Part shown: piece after piece, positions 25,077 through 37,761 of the stretch
How positions within the stretch are numbered: position 1 is the first letter of the stretch
How the letters are laid out: every line of letters starts with the position of its first letter
Assembly (NCBI RefSeq): GCF_037042905.1
Contig: NC_087250.1
Coordinates: 16,742,001-16,806,000, forward strand
Source: Lytechinus pictus
Taxonomy: Eukaryota
DNA length: 64,000 bases
Reading direction: 5' to 3'
Position numbers and translations under genes: made by a program
The notes under the pieces: model-generated
Told to the model about the DNA's origin: nothing
Databases searched by the model: none
What the model saw: the letters and a program-made list of their open reading frames with translations, nothing else

Positions 25077-26112
25077 ATCATACAGGCGTTAACACAAATT
25101 ATTTTGTAGAACATACTTTCTCAGGCCATGTGTTCTTTACATGATTTTTCCTTAAATCGGGGATTTGTGTTTTACTCACGGTTGAAAGGAGACTCATTTG
25201 CCCGTATCATGAAGTCCGGTTTAGCTTCGGCCCTGGGCTACCTTTGTAATAACACTATGGGAAGCCAAACATGTTGTAATTGCATTTACATTTTATGCTT
25301 CCTATTTTTATTTGACTCTACCATCATGTTCAATAATGAAGAGAACTATTCAGTTATTACTTTCGTAGTTGATTATCTTTTTTATTGATCAATGAATTAT
25401 CATGTTCATATGGTGGTAAATGTCTTTTTTCACCTGATCATTTTACAATTTAATTTGTACCCTCCATGAAAAGTTTTTATCAGAGGCGGTTTTCGGCCTT
25501 TACCTTTAGAAGTGGACTGCATTTTATGAGAACCGATAATTTGGTATGAGAATCCTAACCGCGGTTTAAAAATGTCGTTAAGTTTGATAAGACAGGAATT
25601 TACGAAATAACATTAGAGTTACCAAACAAATACTGTTCAACAAATGACGTGGTTCCTTTTGTTTGGCGTGATTTATACACTATCTTGATGCGTGTAATAG
25701 CCATGTGTGTAAGTACGACTTGTTTTTGTTTGCTAATTGTCTTTTGTTTTGTTGGATTTTTATTTGTTACTACGCCATTTGAATCATGTACATTTTTAAT
25801 AACAACTTGTGATTTTTGCGTTTTTGGGTGGCATTTCGATTAGATCTTCTCGTCCTCCCCTTGTTTTTCAATTCATTACTTTCTCCCCCTCCCCTTCTTC
25901 ATCTTTTTTCTCGCGGTTTTTTTTATCGATTTATTTTTCCTCCGGCTTCTCCATGTCATCTTTTTTGTTTTTTTCTTATTATTATTCCTCTCCTTTTCCT
26001 TCTTCTTCTTCCCTTCCTCATCCTACTTCTTTTTTTTTTCTTCTTCTTCTTTATCTTCTTCTTCTTCCCCTTTTCCTTTCTTCGTCTGTGCTAATAGATT
26101 TTTCTTTCTTAA

Positions 26113-26692
26113 AGGTCAAGTCTAACCCAGAAAAAAGGTTTATTTGAATAAATAAAGAAAAATCAAATTAGCATAACGCTAAAAATTTCATCAAAATCGC
26201 ATGTTTAATAAAAAAAGTTAGGACATTTTAGGACGTTAGGACGTTTTAAATAAAACAGTGATATGCACAACTCAGTATCATGCAAATGAGACAGTCGACG
26301 ATGTCCCTCACTCAATACAATACAATATTTTATTTTTACAGATTTGACAATGAGGACCAACTTCACTGAACCATATAGTAATAAAAATACTAATTCGACA
26401 TGTTTAGAGAGGAATTAATTGTTGTTTCACTTGACAATGAGGAGAAAATTAGAATATTTCATATAATAAAATACAAAATAAATATAGTGAGTGGATGACG
26501 TCATCAGTCTCCTCATTTGCATACTGACCAGGATGTGCATTTAACTGTTTTGTGAAATTAAGCGAAATTTTAAAATGTTTTAACTTTCTTATTTTGTATC
26601 CGATTTTTATGAAATTTTCAGTGTACAGTTATGCTTGTGGGATTTTTTCTCTTTTTATTAAAATCAACTTTTTATTGGGGTGGACTTGTCCT
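26113..26692. mobile_element. TTAA-flanked AGG...CCT MITE (Kolobok-like); other copies at 39372-40281 and 43024-43607
   Basis: ttaa|AGGTCAAGTC...GACTTGTCCT|ttaa; internally palindromic; three copies in the window. Confidence 0.8.
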
Positions 26693-27088
26693 TTAAATGA
26701 ATATAGATATTTACCCTTAAATTATTAGATTAACTTATTTCTTTTGTGTATTTTTATATTCTGGTATCAGGCTTTTAAATTTCTCACAGTGTCTTTGTTA
26801 TCAATTTCAGGTTATATACATGTTTATTAAATTATTATCAATATCATTTTTGTGATAATTTCAATTTTTTTACACTATGTCAACATTAAGTCGTATTTGT
26901 GTTGGTTCTAAAGTATCATGAATGATCAAACAATCGTTTACTGACATATTAGTTGAGGAAGGCCCGTTTCCTCCGCATCACTCTATCTACCCCCCCCCCC
27001 CCCCCCTCTCCATCTATATCTCTTTAATTCTCTCTCCCTTTCTTTTGACGAAAAATTTATATGGTATATATATATATATATATCTTAC

Positions 27089-27150
27089 TTTGAATGCCCT
27101 CTTGTTCCAAGTCGTCTTGTTGTCAAATTAGGAAATTTTTGTCGAATTGT
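27089..27150 (-). CDS. RFX6: RFX6 exon, DBD (62 bp)
   Basis: TIRQKFPNLTTRRLGTRGHSK; ag/gt boundaries. Confidence 0.95.
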
Positions 27151-28980
27151 CTGAAGGTATAAGAAGAAAGATAAAATTTGTTACATTTCTATAAAAAAAT
27201 TGCACCAGGTTCAGAATTGTTTATGTAAGTCAACATTTAACGTGTAAATAAAAAATAGGTATTTTCAAAAAGCATCAAAGGGGATGATACATGTAGATAT
27301 TGAATATAAATCTCGTCAATAAAAACACCGTTAATCAAATATTGATCAGGTGAGAAGATGAACACAAAATATAAAATGTCAGAATATACATTAAATCGTT
27401 CAGATCATTTTGAAAATATGTTCATATTATATATATATACATATATAATTATTTCGATTATGTAACTGTTGCATTCAAATGTTTTCCCCAAATATAATGG
27501 GAAGATCACACGTAACGTTGGTGACAATTTACAAATGTTTCACTGTTGGTATAACACAATGATAAGAAACGGGTAGTTTAGAACTGTTCACATGACGACA
27601 ATATAAATGACATTCCGCCTGCAGTCAATGAAAAACAACCAGTCTGCATTCGTAGTCTTTTTTTCATGAAAACTTTTTAAAAATCGTAGGCCTATGCGTT
27701 GGACTATTTTTATATAGATTATCCGCAAATGAGTGGCGTCATGGGCAATTAAATTTTAAAGGGGCCACACATGCAGTGTAGGGCTTAATTTCTGAAAAGC
27801 TGCGAGCGAGCAAAGCGAACAAGATTATTTCCCCCCTTTTTATCTTATTTTTTAGACACGATTTTATTTGTTATAGTGATAATGAGAAGAAAAAAAACAT
27901 TTGAGAAATTATATATTTCAACGTTTTACTTTTACTCCCCCTTCCTGTTGTCCTTATTTTGTTATTTTTTGTCATGAAACTTTGGGGATCCATGGCTTCG
28001 AATTCAGCCCCTCCCACCTTTACGCCAGCATCGTTTATCATGCCAACCTAAGGCGTCTAGATATGAAATGCACATTAAAGCTTAAAACAAATCTACCAGA
28101 GGTTACGTTCCGGAAACGATGCATTATTTCTGAATAATGTCATACAAGCGAAGCGAGTGGGCTCAAAATGTGCAATCAATCAATATCAATAGGGCCTGTG
28201 ATGTCATTTTATTGCGAATGCTAACAGAAGAATCACCAAGACATTCAACAGAACTTCTAGAAAATCATAATATCTTAAAACAGAATCCCATTACTCGTAA
28301 AACAAAATATCAATCGGAGCTGGGGCTAGGCATCAAGACCCGCCCAGTATCTTACAATAGTGGGTCTAGACAACAAAACTACGAAAAGTTCTTCGTGACG
28401 CAAACATTTGACAAAGTATACGCAAAACGGTATCATTGTTATGTAATATCGGATATATACCCTGATTGTTTTTGTCCAGGTCATGATATATGTACATGCA
28501 GCCCTATATTTACCATCCGTGCCTTGAATAGATACAGGCAAGAACAAAGTTTACTTACAAGATGTAAATATCGATAAATGCTACTTATCAATGTCGGATA
28601 CACTCAGACCCAAAGGGAAATTTATCAATATCTAAATAGATCAACTACTAGTAAAAACCACGGTGTAGTATAACGGTGAACCCAAAGGGGAAAACTATAT
28701 GTTTTATTAGGAGTAATTTGCTTAAGAATTTCGCCAACTTGTCGTCATCATTGGGGATATTTTTTCGATTTTCAAAGGCCAGTGCCGCTGTTTTGTCGCC
28801 TGCCTATCGCCACAATGAGTCATGTAAACTATTCGCCAAAATTCAAGAAACAAACATGGCAATGATTTAAATAGATACACAGCAAATGTAATTTCAAAGT
28901 TTACTCATTGGTTTCAAATTGAAATGTTGAAAAACAAAATCAAAATGATTAATTTCTGCATTTCCTTTCAATGACATGTA

Positions 28981-29381
28981 CACTGCAAAAACTCCGGTGT
29001 TGATTTACCACCAGAGCCCGGTATCTATATATCTCCACACCATCAGAGAAGTGTTAAACAACACCAGTTTGGTTTTGGTCCAACACCCGTTAGGTGTTTA
29101 TACAACACCAGTTAGTATTAAAACAACATCGGGTTGAAACTGGTGTTGTTTCAATAATGTTCTGGGTGGCGTTTCATGAAAGGACTTGTCGGACGTTTTA
29201 TCCGACAAGTCCCATTTTATCCGACAGTTACCATAGGAACAGTGCCTCTCTGCCAATCAAAATCATGGAAAGATGTCAGATCTGACAACTTGTCGGATGA
29301 AAATATTGATGAAACGCTCCCCAGGTGTGGGCATATATATATTCCGGGCAGGTGGTAAATCAACACCAGAGTTTTGCAGAG
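28981..29381. mobile_element. CACTG-terminal MITE with a nested CWG-flanked MITE
   Basis: CACTGCAAAAACTCCGGTGTTG...CAACACCAGAGTTTTGCAGAG. Confidence 0.75.
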
Positions 29382-29698
29382 CACCCTAGTGAATATTTGG
29401 GTAACGTTGCTGATCATAAGGACCGAGTGTACTAATTTGATAACTTTGCAGAGATATGTAAGTGCGTATAAAAAGGCTCCAAAAAGTATTGTGGAAAATT
29501 TCTTTTTAAAAGGTGAGATTTTAGTACTGATAGATAAGGTTTTATCAATTAGATTACACCAAAAAGCCGATAGTACAATTTTGACCAAACGGCAAAAAGG
29601 TCCATTGATCATTAAAAAAAATTGATGTTGCTCCGATGCTTGTGGACCGAATGTGGACAAAAAACACCACACCCAAATGGTCAGTTTGAAAATAACTC

Positions 29699-29970
29699 AT
29701 AATAATAATAATAAACAGTTCTTGTATAGCGCATATCACAATTATGAATAATGTCTCTATATATGCGCTTCCAAAGGACTTGGATATTATTACCCCATGC
29801 ACAGCGCACACGCATTTCAAGGAATACATTCCTGCCAGGTACCCATTCACCTCACCTGGGTTGAGTGCAGCATAATTTCTTGCCGAAGGAAATTACGCCA
29901 TGGCTGGGATTCGAACCCACGACCCTCTGTTTCAAAGTCCGAAGACTAACCCACTTGGCCACAACGCTCC
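29699..29970 (-). mobile_element. tRNA-derived SINE
   Basis: Same family on the minus strand; GGTTCGAATCC B box; (TTA)n tail. Confidence 0.8.
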
Positions 29971-30023
29971 ACTCGCTCATCAGTACTGAGTAAGAACTGT
30001 TAACATTGTTATGATTATTGTAA

Positions 30024-30386
30024 GAGCCGTGGTGTAGTGGTTCTGACTCTCGTCTTGTAAACAGAGGGTCGTGTGTTCGAATCCCACCGCGGTCTAGCGT
30101 CCTTTGGCAAGGCGTTAATCCACACTTTGCCACTCTCGACCCAGGTGCTAAATGGGTACCCGGTAGGATGCGAAAGATATTGTATGTTTGAATTTGCCAG
30201 CGCCATAATGAGGCTGCGATGAATGCAAGGAATGCTCCCCAGGGAGTGAAAATTGTGCACTTTTCGTGCGGGATTGAAATGAATCCAATTACCGGGGTAA
30301 TAATATGCTGTAACGCGCTTTGGGCCATTCTGGGAAAAGCGCTTTATAAAAATTGGCTATTATTATTATTATTATTATTATTATTA
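30024..30386 (+). mobile_element. tRNA-derived SINE
   Basis: TGGTGTAGTGG and GTTCGAATCC boxes, central box, (TAT)n tail. Confidence 0.85.
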
Positions 30387-30422
30387 CTGTGACATAATGA
30401 AATGCTGAAATTCGATCCTTAC

Positions 30423-30546
30423 CTTGCCGAACGTAGCAGCACAAGCTGGGTCCAGACTCTCTTTTCTGCAGAAGTCCAAGTAATGTGAGTAGAGTATACA
30501 TCGCGGTAGGCATACGCCATCACATATACAGTAATTCTCTTCCAGC
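30423..30546 (-). CDS. RFX6: RFX6 exon, winged-helix DBD (124 bp)
   Basis: ccag|G CTG GAA GAG AAT TAC (WLEENY)...ATFGK|gtaagg. Confidence 0.95.
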
Positions 30547-31856
30547 CTGGAGTTCAAATATATACGTGTATATTACTGACACTAATCTGAACTACGAAAA
30601 ATATCGAACCGTTTTTTTTAAAGCATGTAAAGAGCTCCCGAGATGAATTACAAATACTCAGGGGCGGCGGAACGTAATTTCGTTTGGGGGGCAAAACAAA
30701 AAAGGGCACACATGTGTCAAAATGGGTACATTGGTGCAAACGGATATTTTCACCATGAAGTAGGTGTGTGTTTTGTTGTAATTAAGTTGAGCACAGCTTT
30801 TTTTAAGTGATCTCACCAATCAAATAATGGGAGCGTGAATAATGAGCTGAAAATTTGTGACATTTCAACCTTAAAGCTGGACATTCTAAGCATTTTTATA
30901 ACCAAGAACAGAGTGAGACATTTAGTACCTTCAAAACGATAAATGATGCGATCGCCAAACGCGAGCCAAAAATTTGTGGTATTCCAATCTGAAAACTGGA
31001 CATTCTAAGCACTTTTGTGACCAAGAACAGAATGAGTACCTTACCATACAATAAATGATGCGAGCACAAAACCCGAGCCAAAAATTTGTAATATTCCAAC
31101 CTGAAAAATTGACATTCTAACCATTTCTGTAACAAAGAACACAATGAGTACCTTAATAAACAAAAATTGTTGCAATGTACTTTGTTTTACTTCAAAAAGG
31201 TATTTCATTTTTAATTAGGGCACATTTCATTTTGAAAAAAGGCACTTTTCATTTTGAATGAGGGCACATTTTTTCCTAGGGGGAGGTTTTTTTTTTCTTT
31301 GGGGGGTGGTGCAAGTGCCCCTGCGACTACTGTGACTTTGTCGTCATTGGCAACTACCATTGTATTGAGAATATATGCAATATGTGGGCTGATGATGCCA
31401 TGATCTCTACTTCCCTTAAATCAAAATTATTCATAATTTCATACATGACTGTATCAGCCGCAATGAATATTCAATACATTATATCAATAATTGTCAGTTG
31501 TGCAGAATTAGAATAGATATGATTACATAGAATAAAATATAGAATAATAATTGGGAATGTGACATCATCATATTGTTTACTGCATATTCTTGAAGGATTG
31601 CATAGAAAGTAGATGTTTCACTGAAATGATGCAGTCTTAAAAAAATTTTACCTTGTCATTTGAAATTTTCAGTGTCATGGTTGTTTAATTTTTTCTATCC
31701 ATTTGTTCATTTCATGATATTTTCATTCCAGCCTGGAGTACCCTTTAGATATAATAACGACCTGTCATACCTTCCGTTGGCTTATGTTGGTTAAAAAGGG
31801 CAGGCCTTGTTCGACAACCCCTCAATATAGTTTTTATGAAGTTAATATAAACTCAC

Positions 31857-32073
31857 CATTGTAAGGTTAGAGCGGTTTGTTTCTTCTTGTCCTTCACCAT
31901 TTGCGCTACAGTTTTTTTGCCAGTCGTTTTCGTCGGTTCATCTTTCTTATTCTTGTGCATTTCGCCGTCATCTTTGTTCACAACGACTGTTTTCCTAATT
32001 TCACTATCGATGACACTACTTTCAAGTTCTATTTCGTGTTCCTCGTCGGACGAAGTTTCGGCACTCTCACCAT
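31857..32073 (-). CDS. RFX6: RFX6 exon (N-terminal, start of DNA-binding domain)
   Basis: ctag|AT...[20 protein letters not shown] TG|gtgagt; matches RFX6 [21 protein letters not shown]. Confidence 0.9.
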
Positions 32074-33011
32074 CTAGCGAGAAAATATTAAACATGAATT
32101 TAGAATTGTTTGATAAATCATGTAGTGTAGAGTGGGAAGGGCAAGGGCACGGGAGCCTTGGAACGATTCTCTGGGAGGGAGATTTCCACTGTTAAACATT
32201 TTATTAACAGAAGTTCTTGCGGCAGTGTCCTGAGTACACCTGGGGCCCATTGTAGAAAGAGTTGCAATCAATCGCAACTCTATAAATCATGCGCAACTTG
32301 ATTTTCAACCAATCAACAGCGCGCATTTGGGACTTGCGATTGATTTTTTTGACTTGCGTTTAAACGCAACTCTTTCTGCAACGGACACCAGTACTTTGTC
32401 TACACTTTGTAATCTTACATTGTGTAAAATTACAGAAATGTGGTATTTAGTTTGGTGTATGAAACCTTTCAAATATCCTGTACTAAGACTTATATTTTTT
32501 TTATTAAACCTGTTCTATTGAATTGCAGAAAATTCTTGTTTTAAGAAATTGGCAAAGTAATGTTGCTATTTTTCAGTAAAACCTTTTTTCTAAATCCTGT
32601 TTCTAAAACAGGGTGGTTTGTTTAAAAAAATGACTTGACAGACCGCCAAAATATCAACAAAAAAAAGAAAAAAAATTCACCCTAGATTGAAGGTGCTTTT
32701 TGCAAGAAAGTTGTTTGACATGCAAAGAAAGAAGAAAGAAATAATGAAAATGGTTTTCACTTCCGAAAGAAGATAATCATTTGTCACACACCCCTCCCCC
32801 TAAAAAAAAAGTGATATGGGACTCCGGAATATTTGTCAATTTGGTAAAGAGGCGTAATTATAAGCCAGTTCACGGTTAGCTCATGATCAACTTTTCTCAA
32901 ATGACCTTTGTGATTTTTCATTAGGATAAGCACCATCATTTTCAAATGTAGATGTTGCGTAAGCTTTACTGGTAGAGTATTCAAATTCTAAAGAACAAAA
33001 GGCATTGTATA

Positions 33012-34373
33012 CAGTGGCGTAGCTAGGATTTTTTTCCTGGGGGGGCACTGGGGGGTCCTTGCTTTTTCAGGGGGGGCACCATTTTTTCGGTGTGTGTGTG
33101 TATGTGTCACAAGGGCGGATCCGACTTTCGCCAATAGGGGACGGTGCCAGAAATTATCTTCACCTATATTTTCCCCGATCAGTCACTTCTTAGTTTTATT
33201 CTTATAAAACAACATTAAATTGAAATAAGCCTTATAAAAAGTGCGAGCGCGAAGCGCGAGCGATTTTTTTTTTTTACTTTTATGTATTTTGTCCTGAAAA
33301 TTTAATATTCTGGGCAATGTTATGTGTGATCCTGAACAAGATTCGTATGTAACTAGATGGTTACTGCGAACGCCAAGCGCGAGCAGAAATTTTTATTACC
33401 TGTTCTAGCATTATCGAAAAGGGACCTGTTAAGGACTGCTTACAGTTACCCACGAAGACGGTATATATTTCGATAATGCGAGCGCGAAGCGCGAGCAAAT
33501 TTTTTTAACATTCCGACCTAAAAATGGTCATTCTAAGCACTTTTTGTATTAATAAATGGGATAGGTATGTAACTAAACAATTGATGCGAGCGCGAAGCGC
33601 GAGAGGTAGAAAATTTAGATTTCAGACCTAAAACAAAAAAAGTAAAAGCGGGACACTCTATTCATATTTTGTAAATCATAAATAGGATATAGTTAATTGG
33701 GTATCATTAATAATGCGATCATGAAGCGTGAGCAGACAATTATTGATATTCTGACATGAAACTGGATAATTTAAGTACATTTTAAATAAAGAACATGCAG
33801 GCCACCGCGCATGTTTTAGATTTAGACCTAGAATCTGGGCATTCTGAATACATTTGTTTAATGGAACATTATGGAATACACCTAGACAATATGAACTTGG
33901 CAAATCAAACAATGTGACCACGCAGCGTGAGCTTAAAATGCTGATATGTAGACCATAAAAACAAACATTTTACAGAGCACTTAAATTTGTAAATGAAAAA
34001 AATAATGAAAGCTCGATGTCCGAGCTAAAATATGTTATGTATATAGACTTCAAAACTTGCTCCATATCAGCCTATTGAGCAAGATATGAATCTCATCGAA
34101 CAGGCAATTCTGGCGCGAAGCGCAAGCAAAAATTTTATATGGTAACATGAAAGATTTTTTTTTTGCAAGTCTTCCCCTCACATTATTTCATTCACTCGTC
34201 TTCCTCTTCCTTTTTGTTCTTCTGTCTTTCTTCTTTTTTCTTTTTTTCTTTTCTTCTTTCTCCCTTTTTTTTTTTTGCTCTGCCAATTTTTTTCAGGGGG
34301 GGCACCTGGGGGGGCACACCAAATCTCAGGGGGGGCACGTGCCCCCCCATGCCCCCCCGTAGCTACGCCACTG
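33012..34373. mobile_element. hAT-like non-autonomous element with internal GCGAGCGCGAAGCGCGAGC repeats
   Basis: CAGTGGCGTAGCTA...TAGCTACGCCACTG with exact 8-bp TSD ATTGTATA. Confidence 0.85.
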
Positions 34374-37300
34374 ATTGTATAGACCAGGTGACTAGAATAG
34401 TACATCAGGGATAAAGTTTGGAAAACTGTTTTATTGTCTGCCTTTGGCACATTTGACTATTGTTTAGGCTACTGTCAAATACCAGTGATTATGAAGGCTC
34501 TATTTATTACTCTTCAGCTTGGATGTGATAAAATGAATATTTTGAAAGGAATACATGAATAATCATCAAATCACAAATGCCTATGTCAGTGAATTTGAAA
34601 GCCACCTTCATGGTTTATCTCAAATGACCCTTTTCTGCTCATGCGCAGTTTACAACCGTGAACAGGCTACCAACCCTCACTTAGTCTCACTCATTTGGGT
34701 CCTTTCTCTAAAATTTCGTTTCATTTGCAAGCATTTCTACTGATTTCACTCATTTTGACCCATAAATTATATCATTGTCCTATGGGAGTCTCACTTTTAA
34801 CTAGCTATCCAATGGGTGATTTCAAGTCCGGTGTTGGCCTTGGTGTTGGTTTTGAAATTTGGATTGCTTCCCCTAGCTCCAAAACTTATTCTAAGTTTGT
34901 AAAACTGATCCAGATCACATTATTGATATCTCAACAAGTAGTGAGTGACTTTTTCGGGACCGTCTTCATTTTATGTTTGATGTTATAATCGTGTAAAAAT
35001 TGACGTAACACCAACACCAAAAGGTCAACACTAAACTTGAAATCACCCAGTGTTGGCAGCCCTATTGGTGCTTCAGGGTCATGATGAAGGGGTGTGTCCA
35101 TTCACAGAATGCATGAAGCGATTGGAGGCGGGGAAAGAAAATAAAAAGTAAACCTTTCACAAAAATAGAATATGGAGGATGTGATGGAGATGATGATTTG
35201 CAATTTTGATTCAAACCCATGATGAGGACTATTAAGATGGGAGGATAATTTGAAATATTAAACAAAGGGATCTTAACTATTTGGAGTTCGAGGATGCTTT
35301 TGGAGATCTCGAGGGATGTTTTTAAACTTTCTGGATGCTGTATGAGTCACTCCACAAATAAATGATGATAAAGCCTCGTTATGGCAGTGGGTTTAGGTAA
35401 CTGGATAGATAACCTACACTGATCATACTCATTAACGAAGAACAAAGAAAGAAGAATGCATTGTGAAGTTTTCTAATTAAAGCCTCAGTGACACCGTTGA
35501 AACCGACTCAAGACCGATCATATCTATTCCTTGTTTTCGAATGAGATGTCATCGGTCGGATTGGAGTTGGTGTCGTTGGTGCGACTGCGTAATAAGTGGG
35601 AACATCACCATATGGTCTTCTGCGATCACCACTTAGGCTAAGTCCCAAGTTTCAATAAGACGGAACGGGTCGAAAATAATTCATGCAATTTTACGGTATC
35701 ACAAAAAAAAGTATGATTCATTATGTCAACGTAAACATTCACACTTTAATTGGTTTTATAAAAAAATAACATTAATTTGTATTCATTAGGGCACTCGCTC
35801 TTATGAACCATTCCTCCAGACTTGCCAGCGGGCCCTGTATAACATAATGTTATTATATGATTGATTGATTGATTAGATTTTATTCTCTTTATATCAAACT
35901 CAAACAGATTAACAAAGTAGGTTCAAATCAAGAGATAAATAACAGAAAATGAAAAATGTAAAATGGCATTATCATTTATGTTATTATTAGGTTATCGTTG
36001 AGGTTATACAAAACAAAGAAGAACATCTTTACAAAATATAATATGATTGGTAACAAATATACATGAAACAAATGCTAAAATAACAACACAGTGATAAAGT
36101 GATGATGTTTTGAGGGGGGGCGAGGGTCAAGTGCCCAATGCCTGTCTGCCCAATCGGGTAATTATTTGAGGCCAAAAAAGAGGGACATTCGAAGTTGAGC
36201 AGATACATGAAATGTGTAGCTCCGGGGAGATAAAATGTAATTCCAATATACAAATAATGATAATATTAAATCCATTGTTAATATTGTGATTCTTGGTGAT
36301 TTATAATAAAAACATAAATTTAAACATAATCTAATTGGATAGAAAATAAACCTGATAAAGGAGTTATTCAATTCAAAACTGTGAATTTATATTCAAGTCG
36401 TTATGACTTTGCAATGAGCGAGATGATGATGTTATGACCATTTTATCCATCCGCTTCGTAATTATTATATGAAATCTTGAAATATATTTTTCAACTGTGC
36501 GAGTAACATCTGTCTTACATTTGATATTCTTATCAATTTCAATTCACACAAAAATATTTCGATCAAATGCACTTTCTATATCATAACTTATTGTGTGTAG
36601 TTTATGGAAAGATGTTCATGTTTTATGTTATGTTGTGTATGTTCAAAATACCATGTAAAAATATGAATTTCCGTTTACTGAATGATTTATTCCCTTCCTC
36701 TTTATCCCCAAATGATTATTAGGTCTATTATTTTCTCCCAAATTTTTATTATTTTCTAAAATAATTTCTTCAAGATTTCTGTAATGTGTAATCCAATTAA
36801 TAGTACTTCCCGTAAGATACCAATCGCCGGCACCCCATAGAAGAACAGCGATCAGGTGATGGCCATGGGGATTAAACTGAATTGGGTGTCTTTCCTAGTT
36901 CATTATATAACTTCGTCTCTCTCTGATGTAGGCCTATAGCATGTTTCGTTCTTCATGTTTAATCATATTTTGCTAATATATTGTGTTCCTATGATATTTA
37001 TTTTTTTTTCTGTGAATTTTTGAGAAATAATTAAATACAAAAACAAAACTGAACAATAAATACAACCTTATGAAACGAATGAATCTCACAAGATGGGGTG
37101 CAAGAATGATGGTCCAATTGAAGGCATGGTATTAGCAGTAAATCTCAATTTAACATTCTTGTAACATAAATAGTTGTTATTCTACATGACAAACATTTAA
37201 TACATTATTCTTCGTTATATTTTTTCCGAAAATGGGTAGGCTTACATCTCGCAAAATGTGGCATTTTTTCATTTTTTGGACTTTACAGGTCATATTGTAA

Positions 37301-37754
37301 ATTCCAACAAACACGTATAGTGCCATATTAGTTATCAAGTTGTGCAATTGTTTCTACAATACCGAATTTTGGTATGAAAACCTTTTTTTCAACTTTTTTT
37401 CCCGAACAATGTCCCCTCATTATTGGATGACTTTTTTCTTTTCGATTTTAACAAACAAACTAGCACCCCTATTTAAAAATTGTTCACGGAGTCTTGGTCA
37501 AAACTTGCAATACATTTGACCAACTAGGGCAAAAACTTCATTGCCCTAACTTACGAAATAAAAATTGTCGTAAATTAGGGCAACTAAATTTCAAATCGAC
37601 CGAAAAGTTATCACCCAACATTCGGTCATTTACAATTGATTATATTTTATCCACATTGTTAACTACTTACCACTCATGTTACTATGAAAAAGTGCTTTCT
37701 TCGCAGGAAATTCCTCATCTTCAACTAATTTAATCACGCTCATGGATCGCTTAC

Positions 37755-37761
37755 TCGCCAT
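37755..37761 (-). CDS. RFX6: Tentative first coding exon of RFX6 (ATG GCG A; preceded by 5'UTR to about 37930)
   Basis: Minus strand cagtATGGCGA|gtaagc: good Kozak context and a phase-1 donor matching the phase-1 acceptor at 32073; no homology support. Confidence 0.35.

Noticed and set aside
30024..30095. SINE heads (also 12363, 14671, 22282, 29900) as true tRNA genes
   Set aside because: Their stems are imperfect and each continues into a SINE body and simple-repeat tail.
33240..34130. Spaced GCGAGCGCGAAGCGCGAGC repeats as a CRISPR-like array
   Set aside because: The context is eukaryotic, the spacers are irregular and mutually related, and the repeats lie inside an 8-bp-TSD hAT-like element.
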